DNA from: Octopus sinensis | Taxonomy: Eukaryota | Direction: 5' to 3' | DNA: 64,000 nt | Assembly: GCF_006345805.1 (NCBI RefSeq) | Contig: NC_043002.1 | Location: 3,100,001 to 3,164,000 of the forward strand | Part shown: piece by piece, positions 35,745-50,021 of the stretch | How the letters are laid out: each line of letters begins with the position of its first letter | Numbering within the stretch: position 1 is the stretch's first letter | Position numbers and translations under genes: made by a program | The notes under the pieces: generated by a model | What the model was told of the DNA's origin: nothing | What the model saw: the letters and a program-made list of their open reading frames with translations, nothing else | Databases searched by the model: none

Positions 35745-36075
35745 GCCAGAAACCAAGATAATAATAATAATAACCCTTTCTACTATGAGCACAAGGCCTG
35801 AAATTTTGGGGGAAGGGGGCCAGTCAAGTAGATCGATCACCAGTACGCAACTGGTACTTTCTTTATCGACCCTGAAAGGATGAAAGGCCAAGTCAACCTC
35901 GGTTAAATAATAATAATAATAATAATTCTTTCTGCTAAATCTACTTGATTTCATCAAACCCAGAAGAATGAAAAGCAAAGTCAACGATGGCAGAATTCAA
36001 ACTCAAAACTTAAAGACAGACCAAACGCCACTAAGCATTTTGTCCATTGTGCTGGCTGGCGTCCTTAATAATAAT
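35745..36075 (-). mobile_element. SINE family B head-to-tail dimer (minus)
   Basis: Two reverse-complement copies with (AAT)n tracts at 35759, 35905 and 36066. Confidence 0.65.
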
Positions 36076-36435
36076 AATAATAATAGCCAAATCTCCCTCA
36101 GATCACACCCTACTCTCTTAAAAATGAATGACATATTGAATAGAGTAGTCTTAGATAGACTTGTCTTGACAAAAGGTCATCAGTATATTCAAGATTGGAA
36201 TGCCTTTAGTCGTGATTCTGTAAGGTCAGGAAAGGTTAAGGGTTTATCAACAACTTCAAACAGGGAATCTGGAACATTGCCAAACCATACACTATTCCAC
36301 TTTTAGTTGATCCACACGAACACATACACAGAATGTGTACACACGTACAAACACACACCTGTGTGTTTGTGTGTGTGAATACATACATACATATACATAT
36401 ATTTACATTTACACATAAACATATACACACTTTTT

Positions 36436-36754
36436 TGGTGGCACGTAAAAAGCACCATCCGTATGTGGCCATTTCCAGCCTCCCCTGGCACCTATACCAG
36501 TGGCACGTAAAAAGCACCATCCGTATGTGGCCGATGCCAGCGCTGCCTAGACTGGCTTCCGTGTCGGTGGCACATAAAAGGCACCCACTACACTCATGGA
36601 GTGGTTGGCATTAGGAAGGGCATCCAGCTGTAGAAACACTGCCAGATCAGATTGGAGCCTGGTGCAGCCTCCTGGCTTCCCAGACCCCGGTCGAACCGTC
36701 CAACCCATGCTAGCATGGAAAACGGACGTTAAACAATGATGATGATGATGATGA
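36436..36754 (+). mobile_element. RTE 3' UTR tail copy with three array cores
   Basis: Cores at about 36439, 36501 and 36569, then the terminus and (ATG)n. Confidence 0.85.
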
Positions 36755-36774
36755 ATTTAATGAGTGGTGTAACA

Positions 36775-38565
36775 GCCCCATAGTCAACTGCTACAAAGGT
36801 GAAGGTTATGCTTTAGATAGAAATAACTTCAGGGGTATCAAATTATTGGATCAGGTAATGAAAGTTACAGAGAGGGTCATAGCCCAACTAATTAGGGAGA
36901 GAGTCTGCTCAGATGAGATGCAGTTCGGTTTTGTGCCAGGTAGAAGCACCACTGATGCTATATTCCTGGTACACAACTGTAGGAGAAATACATAGTCAAA
37001 AATAAACCTCTGTAGTTGGCCTTTGTTGACTTGGAGGAAGCCTTTGACAGGGTCCCCCAATCCCTTATCTGGTTGTCAATGTGGAAACTGGGGATAAACA
37101 AGTGGTTGGCAAGAGCAGGACAAGCCCTGTACAGGGATGCTGTCAGTAAGGTGAGGGTCGGCAATGAGTATAGTGAAGAATTCTGAGTAGAAGTAGGGGT
37201 TCACCAAGGATCAGTCCTCAGCCCCCTCTTATTCATTTTAGTCCTCCATGCAATAACGGAGTAATTCAAGACAGGATGCCCCTGGGAGCTCCTCTATGCT
37301 GATGACCTTAATCTAATAGCCAAGCCACTACCAGAATTAGAAACGAAGTTTAGGATGAGGAAGCAAGATCTAGAATCAAAGGGCCTTAGGGTTAACCTAG
37401 CAAAAACCAAATTCTTAGTAAGTAGGAAGGCTGCCAAATCACAAACCACTTGAGGTAGATGGCCCTGCTTGATCTGTAGAAAAGGCATAGGTAGAAACTC
37501 CATACGATGTACCCAGTGTAAGCTATGGGCACATAAGAGGTGTAGCAATATCAGAGGAAGTTTAACTGGGAAGATAGCTTTTGTGTGTGGCAGATGCATG
37601 AGGGGCAATAAACACTGAAGATATACAGAAAATAGATTCCATCACATGCCATGGGGAAGAAACTAGAAGTTAATAGCTTCTGCTACCTAGGCAACCAAGT
37701 CTGTAGTGGGGGTGGTTGCTCTGAGTATATAGTGGCTGGAATAAGAATAGCCTGGGCAAAGTTCAGGGAGCTCCTACCTCTGCTGGCAACTAAGGGCTTC
37801 TTGCTCAGGGTGAAAGACTGTATGAGGCATGTGTGCGAACTGCCACACTACATGGCAGTGAAACATGGGCCGTGAATGCTGAGGACATACGTAGGATTGA
37901 AGGGAATGAAGCTAGTATGATCTGCTGGATGTGTAATGTCAGTGTGCCTACACAACAGAATAAAAGTGCCCTGAGAGAAAAGTTGGGCATAAGAAGCATC
38001 AAATGTGGTGTGCAAGAGAGGCGACTGTGCTGGTATGGTCATGTGTTATGTATGAATGAAGACAGCTGTGTGAGGCAGTGCCACTCCCTAATTGTGGAAG
38101 AGGTAGACCCAGGAAGACATGGGATGACCTTCAAACATTGAGCCTCACAGAGGCAGTGACAGGAGATCGAAACCTTTGGAGATAGGCTGTGATTGAGAAG
38201 ACCCAGCAACTAAAGTGAGATCGCAGCCATGGCTGATGCCAGTGTTGCATGTCCAGCCCATTTAAGAGTACCTGGACGATATGATATGCTTGAGAAGACC
38301 TGTTGACTCAAGTAAAACCAAAATCGTAGCTGTGGCCAGTGCCCACTGACTGGCTCCCCTTCCGGTGGCATGTAAAATGCATCATCCAAATGTGGTCCAT
38401 GCCAGTAGCACGTAAAAAGCATCCACTACACTCTCGGAGTGGGTGGCGTTAGGAAGGGCATCCAGCAGATTGGAGCCTGGTGCAGCCATCTGGTTCACCA
38501 GTCCTCAGTCAAACCGTCCAACCCATGCCAGCCAGGCAAACGGACGTTAAATGATGATGATGAGT
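36775..38565 (+). mobile_element. 5'-truncated, decayed RTE LINE with PHD finger in ORF2
   Basis: RGIKLLDQVMKV, DEMQFGFVPGRSTTDAIF, AFVDLEEAFDRVP, VGVHQGSVLSPLLFI, CPWELLYADDL, CLIC..CTQC..HKRC..CGRC, LHGSETW. Multiple stops and frameshifts. Ends with the UTR and (ATG)n. Confidence 0.92.
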
Positions 38566-38807
38566 ATAGAAGCCATCTCCAACCTTATTTTCCTGTTACA
38601 ATGAAAGCAGTGCCGAGTGTGGCGAATGGCTCTGACCAACAAATGTATTTTCTTTTATCAATCTAGTTTGACTTTTAATTACCTCCCTTGGCACATTCAC
38701 AGTTTCATGAAAAACGGGAAAATTAATGCTCCACATTGTCAGAAACACTAAGCTACTGCAATTTAATACAACCATAACAATACACTATTGGTGTTTAAGT
38801 TTTTGTA

Positions 38808-38809
<2 letters not shown>

Positions 38810-38855
<46 letters not shown>

Positions 38856-39008
38856 GGCTACTTTCAGTTTCCGCCTATCAAATCCATTCACAAGATTCCA
38901 TTCTGACAAGGGTTACAATGGAAGATACAAAGGCACAATGAGACTGAATCCCAAACCCAGATGGTTGGTAAACATATTCACCACACAGCCACGCCTGCAC
39001 CTATGCAG

Positions 39009-39075
<67 letters not shown>
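38810..39075. repeat. (CA)n and (TA)n(GA)n microsatellites flanking a SINE A fragment (38853-39000, minus)
   Basis: Read directly from the sequence. Confidence 0.85.
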
Positions 39076-39077
<2 letters not shown>

Positions 39078-41938
39078 TGGAAACTATTAAACTAAATTTT
39101 TGTTTCTTCTTGTGCAATAACAAGCTCAAAACTATTCTCGTCTGCACGTGTGTTGCCAGGTATTGAGATGTGTGACTTGTGCATCACTGTACACCCACTT
39201 CCCCACCCCTTTATATTTTAATGTGTTGAGATGTATGACAACCCCCCTCCCCCACTGCTGGGGCTGCAGATTCCAAATGCTGAAAGGTAGCAAGGAATTA
39301 TCGTAAGGGACCGAAAATTGTGCTGAGACGGTTGGAAGCCGACGTATGTGGTGAAGTGTTTGAAACTGGCCACAACAATTCAAACCATCACAAAAAGAGG
39401 ATCCAAAGTATAAACTCGTGCCATGACACCTTGTCGCCTGTGGTCAGCAATGGTGATTTGTTCCAGAAGCTTGGAAGGAAGAGAAATAAAAGACATACTT
39501 GCAATGAAGTACAACATTTAAACCAATTTCTCAGAATGGGAAAACAGACAACAACAACAATGAAAAGATAATTGAGAAGCATTGACCAGCAACAAAGGAT
39601 GGCTTCATCTCTGAAAACAAAATCCTAAACAGCATCTGCATGTCTGGTGAATGTTGCTAATACAGACGTCCAGGTAAGTGAAAGAATTTCTCCAGATTCT
39701 CAAGAATATCACTTAAAACGGTAACTCTTTTCTCTAATTTGTTTTCAATGGAGATGAAACAGGATTTTGCTGCAAATGAATGCCAGCCTTCACTTCTATC
39801 TCCTGAAAGAGAAAAGAAGAAACACTGCTTCGAGAAATCTGTTGAGCTTGAACACGATTATATCTTAGATGGATCTAGATGGGATTTAGAAATCAGACAA
39901 CTTTCCAACACCTTGATGAAGAAAAGCTTGGCCAGGATATCAAAAAAAAAAAGAAAGAAAGAAAGAAAAGAAAAAGGTAGACTTTAGGTTAATTGAAATA
40001 TGTTTGTCACAGATGTCAACTGCTAAAAGGCAAATACACGGCAGTTACTTTGGGAAATCTCTCTCTCGTATGGTTAAAAGATGTGAAAACACCCAGTTCA
40101 TTCAGTGTCACCATCTATTAGGAAGCCTAGACATTAATGTTTCAAGCTTTTAGGCTCTTGTCTATGAGATGTACCTAAGACAAGCAACTCTGAACAAACT
40201 TCTAAAGCTTTGTGTATAACTTGTTCAATGTTGTTGACTGATTTGTGCTAGTAGATTGTCCGATTGAGGAAAATAACGAAATGTTGGCCCTAGGAGCTAA
40301 CCTATCATGAAATCCTGAAATCCACAGAGAATACAGAAACAAAAACAAGAACTACATGATCAAGGATTTTAATGAAGCCAGAAAGAAATCTTGCTAGAAT
40401 TTCACAAAGATAAAAGAATCAAAACCTGCCATTTTTGAGAAGACAGAATATAAACTGGGAATGGAAAAGAACTGGGAATTACAGGTAAGAATTTAATTAT
40501 TGAATAAGAAACGGAGTTATGGTCACTCACACATCCAAAATAAGTTTGAAAACCATAATGTAGAGCCATGGACACCAGAAAAAATTCTTTCGACTGAATT
40601 CCTCATTAACAGAAATTGAAGACTAGTTTCCTGACCTTCAATTTGTTCATATTCTCAAATTCCCCTTGCGAACAGGTGTTTATGCTCTGACACTTCATCT
40701 CCACCTTTGCCTTCCTTCCAGTCAGTCTTATATATCGGCAGGTGGATATGTATCTCACCTTCAGCAAAACATCTTTTCCTGTCCCTCTCAACACCTCACA
40801 CAAAACCACACCTTTCTCTACTACAATCACTCTGTAAAGTGGTTGGCATTAGGAAGGCCATCCAAGCAGACAATAGAACCGAACACAAGCCTCCAGCTCA
40901 TTGGACCTTGTCAAACATCCAACCGATGCCAGTGTAGGTGACAGACATTAAATGAAGATCCCGAGAACCCAGCAGCAAAGCAAAGACAGGTGTTCTGGAT
41001 TTGAAACCCTACTGTCAATAATTGCTTCATATGAGAAGAGTCGAGAAACTAGACATCTGATGCACTGAATGATGAAAGAACCAAGACTTGGACTCTCATT
41101 TCGTCTTTAGCATCAAGAGTCCAATGGTACCCTACTGCTCGCTAACAGAATTCATGCTTACATGCACCAGGGTCATTAATCTAACCTGTTTAAATAACAA
41201 TGTTAGATCATTAATTGTGCTTTCTAATAACATAATGGTGAATCACATCTGGCACCACCCAAGATGACAAAAGATTGCAAAGACTGGGGACATGCTCAAC
41301 AACATCTGCCCATCTTGCAGAAACACTCTGGAAGCACATTGAAAATGAATTACTGACCATTTTGAAATTTCCCCAAAATGTGGCCAGCTGGAGAGAATTT
41401 AAAGATGGGACCAATTCCAAAGATTCCCTCCTCCACCCTGACACCAGAAAGGATAAAGTTTTTCTCCTTCCAGTACCCCTGCCTATATATATATATACAT
41501 ATCCCAAACAATGAAACACCTTACATGACACTTCATATTCAGTCTCACAATCAGGAATATGAAATTTGATTAACTTGACAAGGTGCCAGCCGGGCAAACC
41601 ATAACGACTCCTGCCATTCAGCTTTCAGTAATATCTGGGACATCTCACTTTTACATACATAAAAGACACACATAAACATATGAGATTGGGATCTCTAGTG
41701 AGATGAGGTTCTCAAAAAGTCCTGCCCCACCCCAGTAAAATCCAAGTTGTGGACGTGTTCTGTATTGTGTCCTCCACCCAGGTGACATTCTCCACCCTAT
41801 AACTCCTGGCTCCTCCACCCTCCAACCCTAACCCATTCTGGCTGTTCCTCCTCTCCACATATCCCCATATTGCAAACCGATTCATCAGCTCATCTTGTGG
41901 GGGGGGGAGCCACCTCACCAATTCATTGACCTCATCTG

Positions 41939-44900
41939 TTGGGTCATCCCATAAATAATGCATGAAGTAAAAGTCAGAGGGAGACGGGATAAACGACTTG
42001 CATCAACTTGCTTTAAAACCAGGTAGTCATTTTACCTTGCCCTTATTCTTAGTGCAAGTTTTGAAGAGTGCAGTTCGATTTTAACAGTTATTTATATTTC
42101 GAAAGTATAATGGAAGTGATAAAGGAGCATATTCGACATGCTTGACAAGGACATCTTGCAAACCCTGCTGGAACAAAATCTCATCGTAACTGTTGAGAAA
42201 CTAGCAGAGAAGCTTGGATTTCATCATTCAACCATTCATCAACACCTGCATGCCATTGGATAAGTCAGCAAATTGGGTCAATGGGTTCCTCACAAATTTT
42301 TCAAGTGTAATTGTGTACTCTTCTTTGCTGTCATGTCTGAAGAATGAACCATTTTTGGACCAAATAGTAACTGGTGATAAAAAATGGGTTCTCTATAAAA
42401 ATGTAAGCACCGAAGACAGTGGGTAGGGAAAGGAGAAACTCCGGCACCCCAGGCTAAAGAAGGTCTTCACCAACATAAGGTATTATGTTTGGTGGGATAT
42501 GAAAGGCTTGGTCCACTTTGAACTTTTAAACCCAAACCAAACAATAACAAAGATCTACTGTGAGCAGCTTAGGAGCAGTTTGAAAAGGAAACAATGACCC
42601 ACCCACCATATTCGCCAAACATTGCCCCATCAGATTACACTGGTCAACAAGTATATGCCGAGGTGGACTTAGAGTAGTTTTTAATGCGGATTTCAAATAT
42701 AGTCTTTTGGTTTTAGCTCATGCATTATATAGAAATGCCAATCAATGACTTGTGTGCATGTATTTCATTCACATCATAGAAACGTACCTTTAAAATAAAC
42801 TACATCATTCCTTGCTGCATAGTTCAGATGCAACATTTCATCTTCTTAAATTAACCAATCAAGTTTTGTCTGATGAAATTAGTATTTCAACATCTGGAAG
42901 TGTCCAGTCATAATTAATCTGATGAAATATTTGATCGTATCTATTTCCTTACTGGTTTTTCAGTGTTAACAATGTCAAAACAGTGTAGAAATCGTCCTGA
43001 TGCGTTTTGTTATGCCTGTGAACAATTTATTGTAAAAGCTCAAAAGTATACAATAACACCAAAGATCAAGATTTATAAGTTATACTTTGGAGATCAGGAC
43101 AAGTTATGGGCACCACATTTTATCTGCTCAGCTTGCTCAAATGGCTGACGTGGCTGGTTCAATAAGAAGAAGTCCATGTCTTTAGCCATTCCAATGATAA
43201 TGTGGGAGCCGAAATACCATTTTAATGACTGTTACTTTTGCAAAGTAAATGTCACAGGATTTTCTCTGAAGAATAAACACAAAATTGTGTATCCCAATTT
43301 GGATTCTGCAATGAGAGCTATGGGTCATAATGGAAGTCTGCCAATTCCAGTTCCACCAGATGATGACACTGACAGTCACAAAAGTGCTGCTGAGGAAGAT
43401 TATGTGGCTGATGACGATAGCTTTGAACTTCAGAAATTATCCTAAGCTGAACTGAATGACCTCGTCAGAGACCTATCTCTCTCAAAAGATAAAGCAGAAC
43501 TGTTGGCATCAAGACTGAAGGTGAAATATCTGCTAGAGCACGGTGTTCATATTAACTTATTTTCAGCAGAGAAATGTGGTTTTACAAATGAGTTTTTCTG
43601 TTGAATGCCAGCTTTGCTTTCGTAGTAACATCGATGGATGTTTCAAATGTTTATCACAAAATCACAATCCTGGAGAGTGGCGTTTGTTCATTGACTCTTC
43701 AAAATGAAGTTTAAAAGCTGTACTTCTCCATTATGCTAATTTGAAGCCCTCCATTCCTATTGCACACTCCCTTCATGAACCATATGAGAATATGGAACTT
43801 TTACTTCATGCCATTGCCTATGAAAGTTACTTATGGAAAATATGTGGAGATTTAAAGACATTGAAATGTTAATGGGAATGCGGCCAGGTTTTACAAAATA
43901 CTGTTTTTTTCTCTGTGTATGGGATAGTTGGGCAACTGACAGACAAGAACATCATACCAGTCAGGGCTGTCTAGCGTCAAGAATACATCTCTTGTAGATC
44001 CATGTAATGTCCTATTGCCTCCTTTGCACAAAATTGATGAAACAGTTTGTAAAGACACCCGGGAAGAGAACTGCCAGAGAGTTTGAGTTTATTGTAGGAA
44101 AGTTTGCTGAAAACACACAAAGTTGAAAGAGGGTACCTTTGTCGGACCTCAAATTAGAGAAATACTCAAAGATATCAGCTTCAAGGAACTGGAACTTCCT
44201 GCTTGGAATTCTTTCAATTAGATCTGCGAGAATTTCTTGAGCAACAAGAAGGCAATGGACTTCAAGAATCTTCTGAAATGTTACTCGGCAATGGGTTGTT
44301 GCATGTCCGTGAAAGTCCACGATTCCCATCTGAATTTCTTCGCAGATAACCTTGGAGCAGTATCTGATGAACATGGTGAAAGATTTCACCAGGACATGGA
44401 GAAACGGTGCCAAGGCTTCTGGAATGAGAGTGTGCTGGTTGACTACTGCTGGACACTTTACCGTGATCAACCAGATCAGGAGCACCACGGGTAATCCAAA
44501 TAACCATGATTCTAACTCTTTTATTCTAACTCTGTTTTGTCCGACCCATTTTATTTGTGCATTCACTCTTTGTAGAATGATAGTGATGATTTTTAACTCA
44601 ATAAACTCGTTTCATTTCTAAAACTAATATGTCCTTATTTGTTACGTTAATGATTTCATATAAATACAAATAAGTAAATATTTGCATGCATCTGCTGAAA
44701 AACTCATACGTGCTGCATTCGAGCGGAGTGAAATTTTGAAATCAGCAGGAAACATTAGTCTAAAATAATTGGTTTGCTTTCCTAATGAGTAGAATGCATT
44801 TAATTTTGTTGACCAGTGTTATCATTTATTCTGCAGTCTTCAAAATCATTTGGACAGAAAAAATATGAATTCTGCAGATGAGGTCAGAACAGTACTGGAG

Positions 44901-45073
44901 AAGTATTTTTCGTCTTGGACAAGTGAATTTTAGAAGAGGGGCCTTGCAAGTCTACCAGACAGATGGAAGGGAATCGTAGAAAATGAAGGAGAGTATGTTT
45001 TAGATTAAAAAAGAACTTTGTTTTTCTTAATTTTGAAAAATATAAAAACCGCATTATTTATGGGATGAGCCAA
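41939..45073 (+). mobile_element. Decayed mariner with both TIRs, interrupted by Chapaev3
   Basis: TIRs TTGGGTCATCCCATAAATAATGC (41939-41961) and 45051-45073 (22/23 match), TA on the right flank. Motifs MEVIKEHIRH, QWVPH, VTGDKKW, HPPYSPNIAPSD|YHLFCSLQNHL, RWKGIVENEGEY. Confidence 0.9.
42638..44818 (+). mobile_element. Chapaev3-like (CMC superfamily) DNA transposon, pseudogenised transposase
   Basis: 13-bp TIR CACTGGTCAACAA / TTGTTGACCAGTG with TTA TSD (42635-37, 44819-21). Motifs FCYAC..QDKLWAPHFIC..WEPKYHFNDCYFC, ELNDLVRDLSLSKDKAELLASRL, FIDSSK, HDSHLNFFADNLGAVSDEHGERFHQD..DYCW. Confidence 0.85.
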
Positions 45074-45469
45074 TATCTCTTACTGTTTCCTTTCTCTCCC
45101 ACTAGACACGAGTAGCCATGCAGATCCTCTACTAGAACTTGCACTGTCCATCGCACCCATCTCATACTTCAATCCCCCTTCATCCACTACCATGAAGCTG
45201 ACGTCCCACCCCCATTTTGGGATTTGTAGTTCTGCAAGCAGCACGATGACCTCACAAGTGCAGGGGTCACACAGGAAAGCATCCGGTCCATGATGCCAAG
45301 CAGTTGGTCTTAGGAAAGGCATCTGTCCTTTGTAACCAAAGCAAACACTGGAGCACATTCCTGTCAAACCAGCCAACAACTCATGCCAGCAGGAAACAAG
45401 ACATTTTAAACGACAATGATATACATATATACCCATATGTGCGTATATATATATATATAAGGAGCAGTC

Positions 45470-45770
45470 AATCAGTTATGGTGATGAGGGTTCCAGTTGA
45501 TCTGATCAACGAACAGAATGCTCATGAAATTAATGTGCAAGTGGCTGAGCACTCCACAGACACTTGTACCCTTAACGTAGTTCTCGGAGGGACTGAGCGT
45601 GACATTGCTGACCCCTTTGAAATACAGGTGTAACCACATTTTTGCCAGCTGAGTGGACTGGAGCAACAAGAAATAAAGTGTCTTGCTCAAGGACACAATG
45701 TGTTGCCGGGAATTGAACTCGCGACCTTACAATCGTGAGCTGAATGACCTAACCACTAAGCCATGCGCCT
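45470..45770 (-). mobile_element. SINE family C (full length)
   Basis: Minus head GGCGCATGGCTTAGTGGTTAGG..GAGTTCAATTCCCGG and central CTCCAGTCCACTCAGCTGG. Confidence 0.8.
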
Positions 45771-46090
45771 TATATATATGTACATACATGTATATATGTA
45801 GATACATGCATATGAATATAGATATACACACACGCACATGTATATATACCTTCCAGCCTGCTAGCCCTTGGTTATACCATCTAACCCATGCCAGCATGGA
45901 CAAAGGACAGTAAATCATGACAATGGTACACACACACACTGATCACCAACAGGGGTAAGAGAAAGTTCAGAGAGGAGCTGCTACTCCTCTCTATAATGTT
46001 GGTGTAAAACAGTAACACTAGACAGTAGTGAGATGCAAGTCTGACTGTAGAGGAGATGCAAAGAAGAATGAAGCTAGTGTGCCCCACCCG

Positions 46091-46124
<34 letters not shown>

Positions 46125-47379
46125 GAGAGAAGAATTAAGGTAAAACAGGAACGAAAAGTCATGTGAAAGGGGGAAGAGTGCACCTGGTTTAGTCAGGTGA
46201 AGAATATGAAAGAGGACAACTGCAAAAGGGATGTTCCAGTTGCTGAAAGTGGATGGAACTTGTAGAAAATGGAGAGCCAGGAAGAGGTGGGATGAAGCAG
46301 CGAAGCCTGATCTCAAGATGATCAGAGATGACAAAAGACTGGATTGGGTGAATTGCTGTGCTGAAGGAAACTGATCCATCACATGGAAACCCGTGTCCTA
46401 AAAGCATTGGGGGTCTGCTAGCACATATGGGGCAGTGCTGGGTCACGTGTCACTGCCCTATTAATGGTATTCCTCAGTTGCTGCAATCAAAGCAGAATCT
46501 TCGTGTCTAACCAGCCCACTCTTTGTGCCTCCATTCACCACACTTGGCACACTATTTCCTACTCTCTCTCCCTCACATCACCCATCCACACCTTTCTTGT
46601 CCTGCTCCGTCTCCCTCCCCTCCATTCCTACACATCACCCAACTACTTTCTTCAACTCCTATCTCCACCTTATTCTCTCTCTCTCTCTCATATTCACTGA
46701 CTTCTACCTGCAGATGCTCTCTCACCATCACTTTTCTCCCGCTTACTCCTACCAATTCCTGTCCCTCTATCATAATTTTAGCCTCACAACTCATTGCACC
46801 CCTCCCCCAATGACCACCACCTGAGAAACTCTCTCCAACTCAGTCAACAGTTTTCCCCCGGTCTTCTTCGTTCTTTCGCATCTCATGGAATACCCAGCCA
46901 CCCAACGAGTGCTGGGGCCACGTGAAAAGCACCCACCACAGACTGCTGCTAAGTGGTCGGCCTTAGGAAGGGCATTCATAGAACCAATTGCCAAAGCTGG
47001 CAGCTCATCTCATCATAGTATTTGACCCATGTCAGCAGGGAAAACGGAAATCAAAGGATAAAATTATTGGATGCCTATTCTATGCAAGAGATAAGAAGAT
47101 GCTCAACCACGAAACAGACACAAATACATGGAGAGAGTAAAGAGGAGAGCAGGGCTGAAGCAGGCATTTGCCAGTTGACAAATGCATCGAGTGATTGAGG
47201 TAGTCAGGATACGCAATTAGGATAACCAAGTTGAGGAAATGGACATAAGACTAATGGGCGTCTGTGATGCAACTGACCAACAATATGCAACACTTCAGGA
47301 CACCCGCCAAGCAGACCATCACCAAGCTTAGTGGAGAGACAAATCAGAATTGCAAACAGGACATTGTAGTTAAGACACC

Positions 47380-47680
47380 CGTGCCGGTGACATGTAAAAA
47401 GCACCGTCCAAACGTGGCAGATGCCAGCACCGCCCGACTGGAATCCGTGTTGGTGACACATAAACGCACCAACTGATCGTGGCCGTTTGCCAACCTGCTC
47501 TGGCCCGTAAAAAACACCCACTACACTCACAGAGTGGTTGGCGTTAGGAAGGGCTTCCAACTGTAGAAACACTGCCAGATTAAGGTTGGAGACTGGTGCA
47601 GCCTTCATGGCTTACCACACCCCAGTCGAACCGTCCAACCCATGCTAGCATGGAAAACGGACGTTAAACGATGATGATGA
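47380..47680 (+). mobile_element. RTE 3' UTR tail copy
   Basis: Array cores at about 47388, 47454 and 47505, then the standard terminus and (ATG)n. Confidence 0.8.
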
Positions 47681-47779
47681 CAGAAGAGCCATTACAAAAA
47701 CCAAAAGCTTTCCTGCGAAAAATATGCACTTTCCATCATAGAGTTAAAGACAGAAATGGAAGGAGATTATGAAGGAAGG

Positions 47780-48730
47780 TATGGAAGCTAAAAGACTTTG
47801 CAACTGGAAATGGATTTAAAGAAATTGTAATTGATGTCTACAACAGTAGGGAGGAAAATTCAGTTGTCTGTAGCATACAAGCAGGTTATTTTATAGGAAT
47901 TCCCAGTGAAGGTAACAGGCCAAAAATCATAAGGAGGTTGAATAACATGATTGATAAAAGAATGAAGGCTAAGAGACAGGGCTTGAAAAACCAGGACAAA
48001 AGATGGTAACAGGAAGCACTATCAAATTGTTAGGACATCTAGGCGACAGGTATACGTGGCTAAAAGAGAGGCAGAAAGGAAGGGACCTGCACACATACTG
48101 CAATTTAAGGACTAGAGGCATGTAGGGTCTAGGGTTTTAAAGACCGTGTTATACAGAACGAAGGCATCATTGGAGAGAACTGTAGGCAGAATGAAGAAAG
48201 CAGGTCACCATTGATATATAGAAGACAAGGAAATGATGCCCAAGTGCTATTACGAGAAGATGCAGGAGGAGAATGCACGGGATAAAGAGGGATTGCTTTA
48301 TGTTGACCCTACAGAGGGACCAGCAATTCCATTTGACAGTAGAGTGGTGGGAAAAGCAAGGACCCAAAAGGGGCAAAAAACTTGTGGATCTATAAGAAAT
48401 AGTTGAGGAAATGCTCAAAATATCTGCTGAGGTAAGATAGAGGATTACCAAAAGAATGGTGCCATACCCAATGCCTGGCATTGCAGGATCATCATAGGCA
48501 GCCAGGAAGGAGATACCTGCAAGAATCAAACTGTTCGATCAGGTTAATAAGGTCACAGCACGATTGATCCACGACAGAGTAAGCTTAAACGAGAGGCTCA
48601 GCACAGGGATGCCATCTGCATCACTAGCGAGGCAGCTGCAGAAGCAGGTCTCAGAGAAAACGTCTGTTCCTAGCATTTGCTAACCTGGACAAGGTGCCAC
48701 ACACTGTTCTTAGGTACTAAAGTAGCTAGG
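47780..48730 (+). mobile_element. Heavily decayed RTE ORF2 fragment
   Basis: RIKLFDQVNKVT (about 48521-48556) and AFANLDK (about 48673-48693) correspond to RGIKLLDQVMKV and AFVDLEK. Confidence 0.6.
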
Positions 48731-49189
48731 ATTTTACAAATGGCATGTGAGGCGTTTACATCACAGCAATGCGTTTAAATATCAAATATTTATGTTAAAT
48801 ACATATGTAATACCCACCATCTTTTTCTTGCTCATGAAAACTAAATCCTGTAATTTGTTGCTTAAAATTTCTTTTTCATCTCAACCTGGGTTCCATAACT
48901 TCCACTTTAAAGTGATCTAAATCAAAAGTCTTCATGTTAATTTGTTCCAAAATCCAGTTATTTCACTAAACTCTGCAAAACTTTGGAAATTAAATGAAAC
49001 AAAGGTGTATTTCAACAGAAATATGGTAATAAGAAGGTGAAAACGGAACACAGTGTCCAGTTTACAAGTCTACGTCCTATGTAAGAGAGCATGTGTGCGT
49101 GTGCCAAATCAGACAATGAAAGCTGGTGTAGCCTCTCCCAAACCATCCATGCCATTCCAGCATAGAGAATGATGATGATGTTAGTTTTT

Positions 49190-49530
49190 AAACAGGAGTG
49201 ACTGTGTGGTAAGAAGCTTGCTTCCCAACTACATGGTTCTGGGTTCAATCCCACTGCGTGGCACCTTGGGCAAATATTTATTATAGCCTCGGGCCTTGTG
49301 AGTGGATTTGGTAGGTGGAAACTGAAAGAAGCCCGTTATATCTGTGTGTGTTTGACACCCTCACCATCGCTTGACAACTGATGCAGGTGTTTACGTCCCC
49401 ATAAGTTAGTTCAGCAAAAGAGTCCGATAGAATAAGTACTAGGTGTACAAAGGACAAGTCGTTGGGTCGATTTGTTTGACTAAAGGCAATGCTCCAGCAT
49501 GGCCACAGTCAAATGACAAACAAATAAAAG
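49190..49530 (+). mobile_element. SINE family A
   Basis: Collinear with 1293-1668, with small deletions. Confidence 0.75.
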
Positions 49531-50021
49531 TAAATATTTTAGTTGAAAGACAAGTTTGTATTTGGTAGAATTGACATAAAGTAAAATAAAATCTCTTTTC
49601 TTCACCCATTTCTTTGGAAACATCCAACAAATAAGGATTATGGAATCAATTTTGGCCGATGCCGGATCAAGCTTAGAATTTTGTAGACAGTAATGATGGC
49701 AATATCTGATTCCACTTTATATTTCTAAAAGACAGAATGGTCACAAATTCTGCAATTGCCATGAAATGAGAGAGAGAAGCAAGACTAAAGAATGCTGTGT
49801 ATTTCTACAGAAAGAGGACTGAATTTAGGGGAGCAACTCATAGGTAAAGCAGCCTCTTTCAGCCTCGTCCACAAAATGAACCTACTTTCACTGGTGTACA
49901 GAAGCTGCAACACAACCATTTTAACTTCACGCTGCTTCAATTGCAGACACCCAATTTAGATGTATTGCCCGATATAGCAGGGTTTCTCGCTGCCCACCCC
50001 CAATCAAATTCTATGTCCAAC

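Noticed and set aside
39330-39410. DVCGEVF...H..K zinc-finger-like peptide
   Set aside because: The first Cys and last His are missing, and there is no linker, neighbouring finger or splice support.
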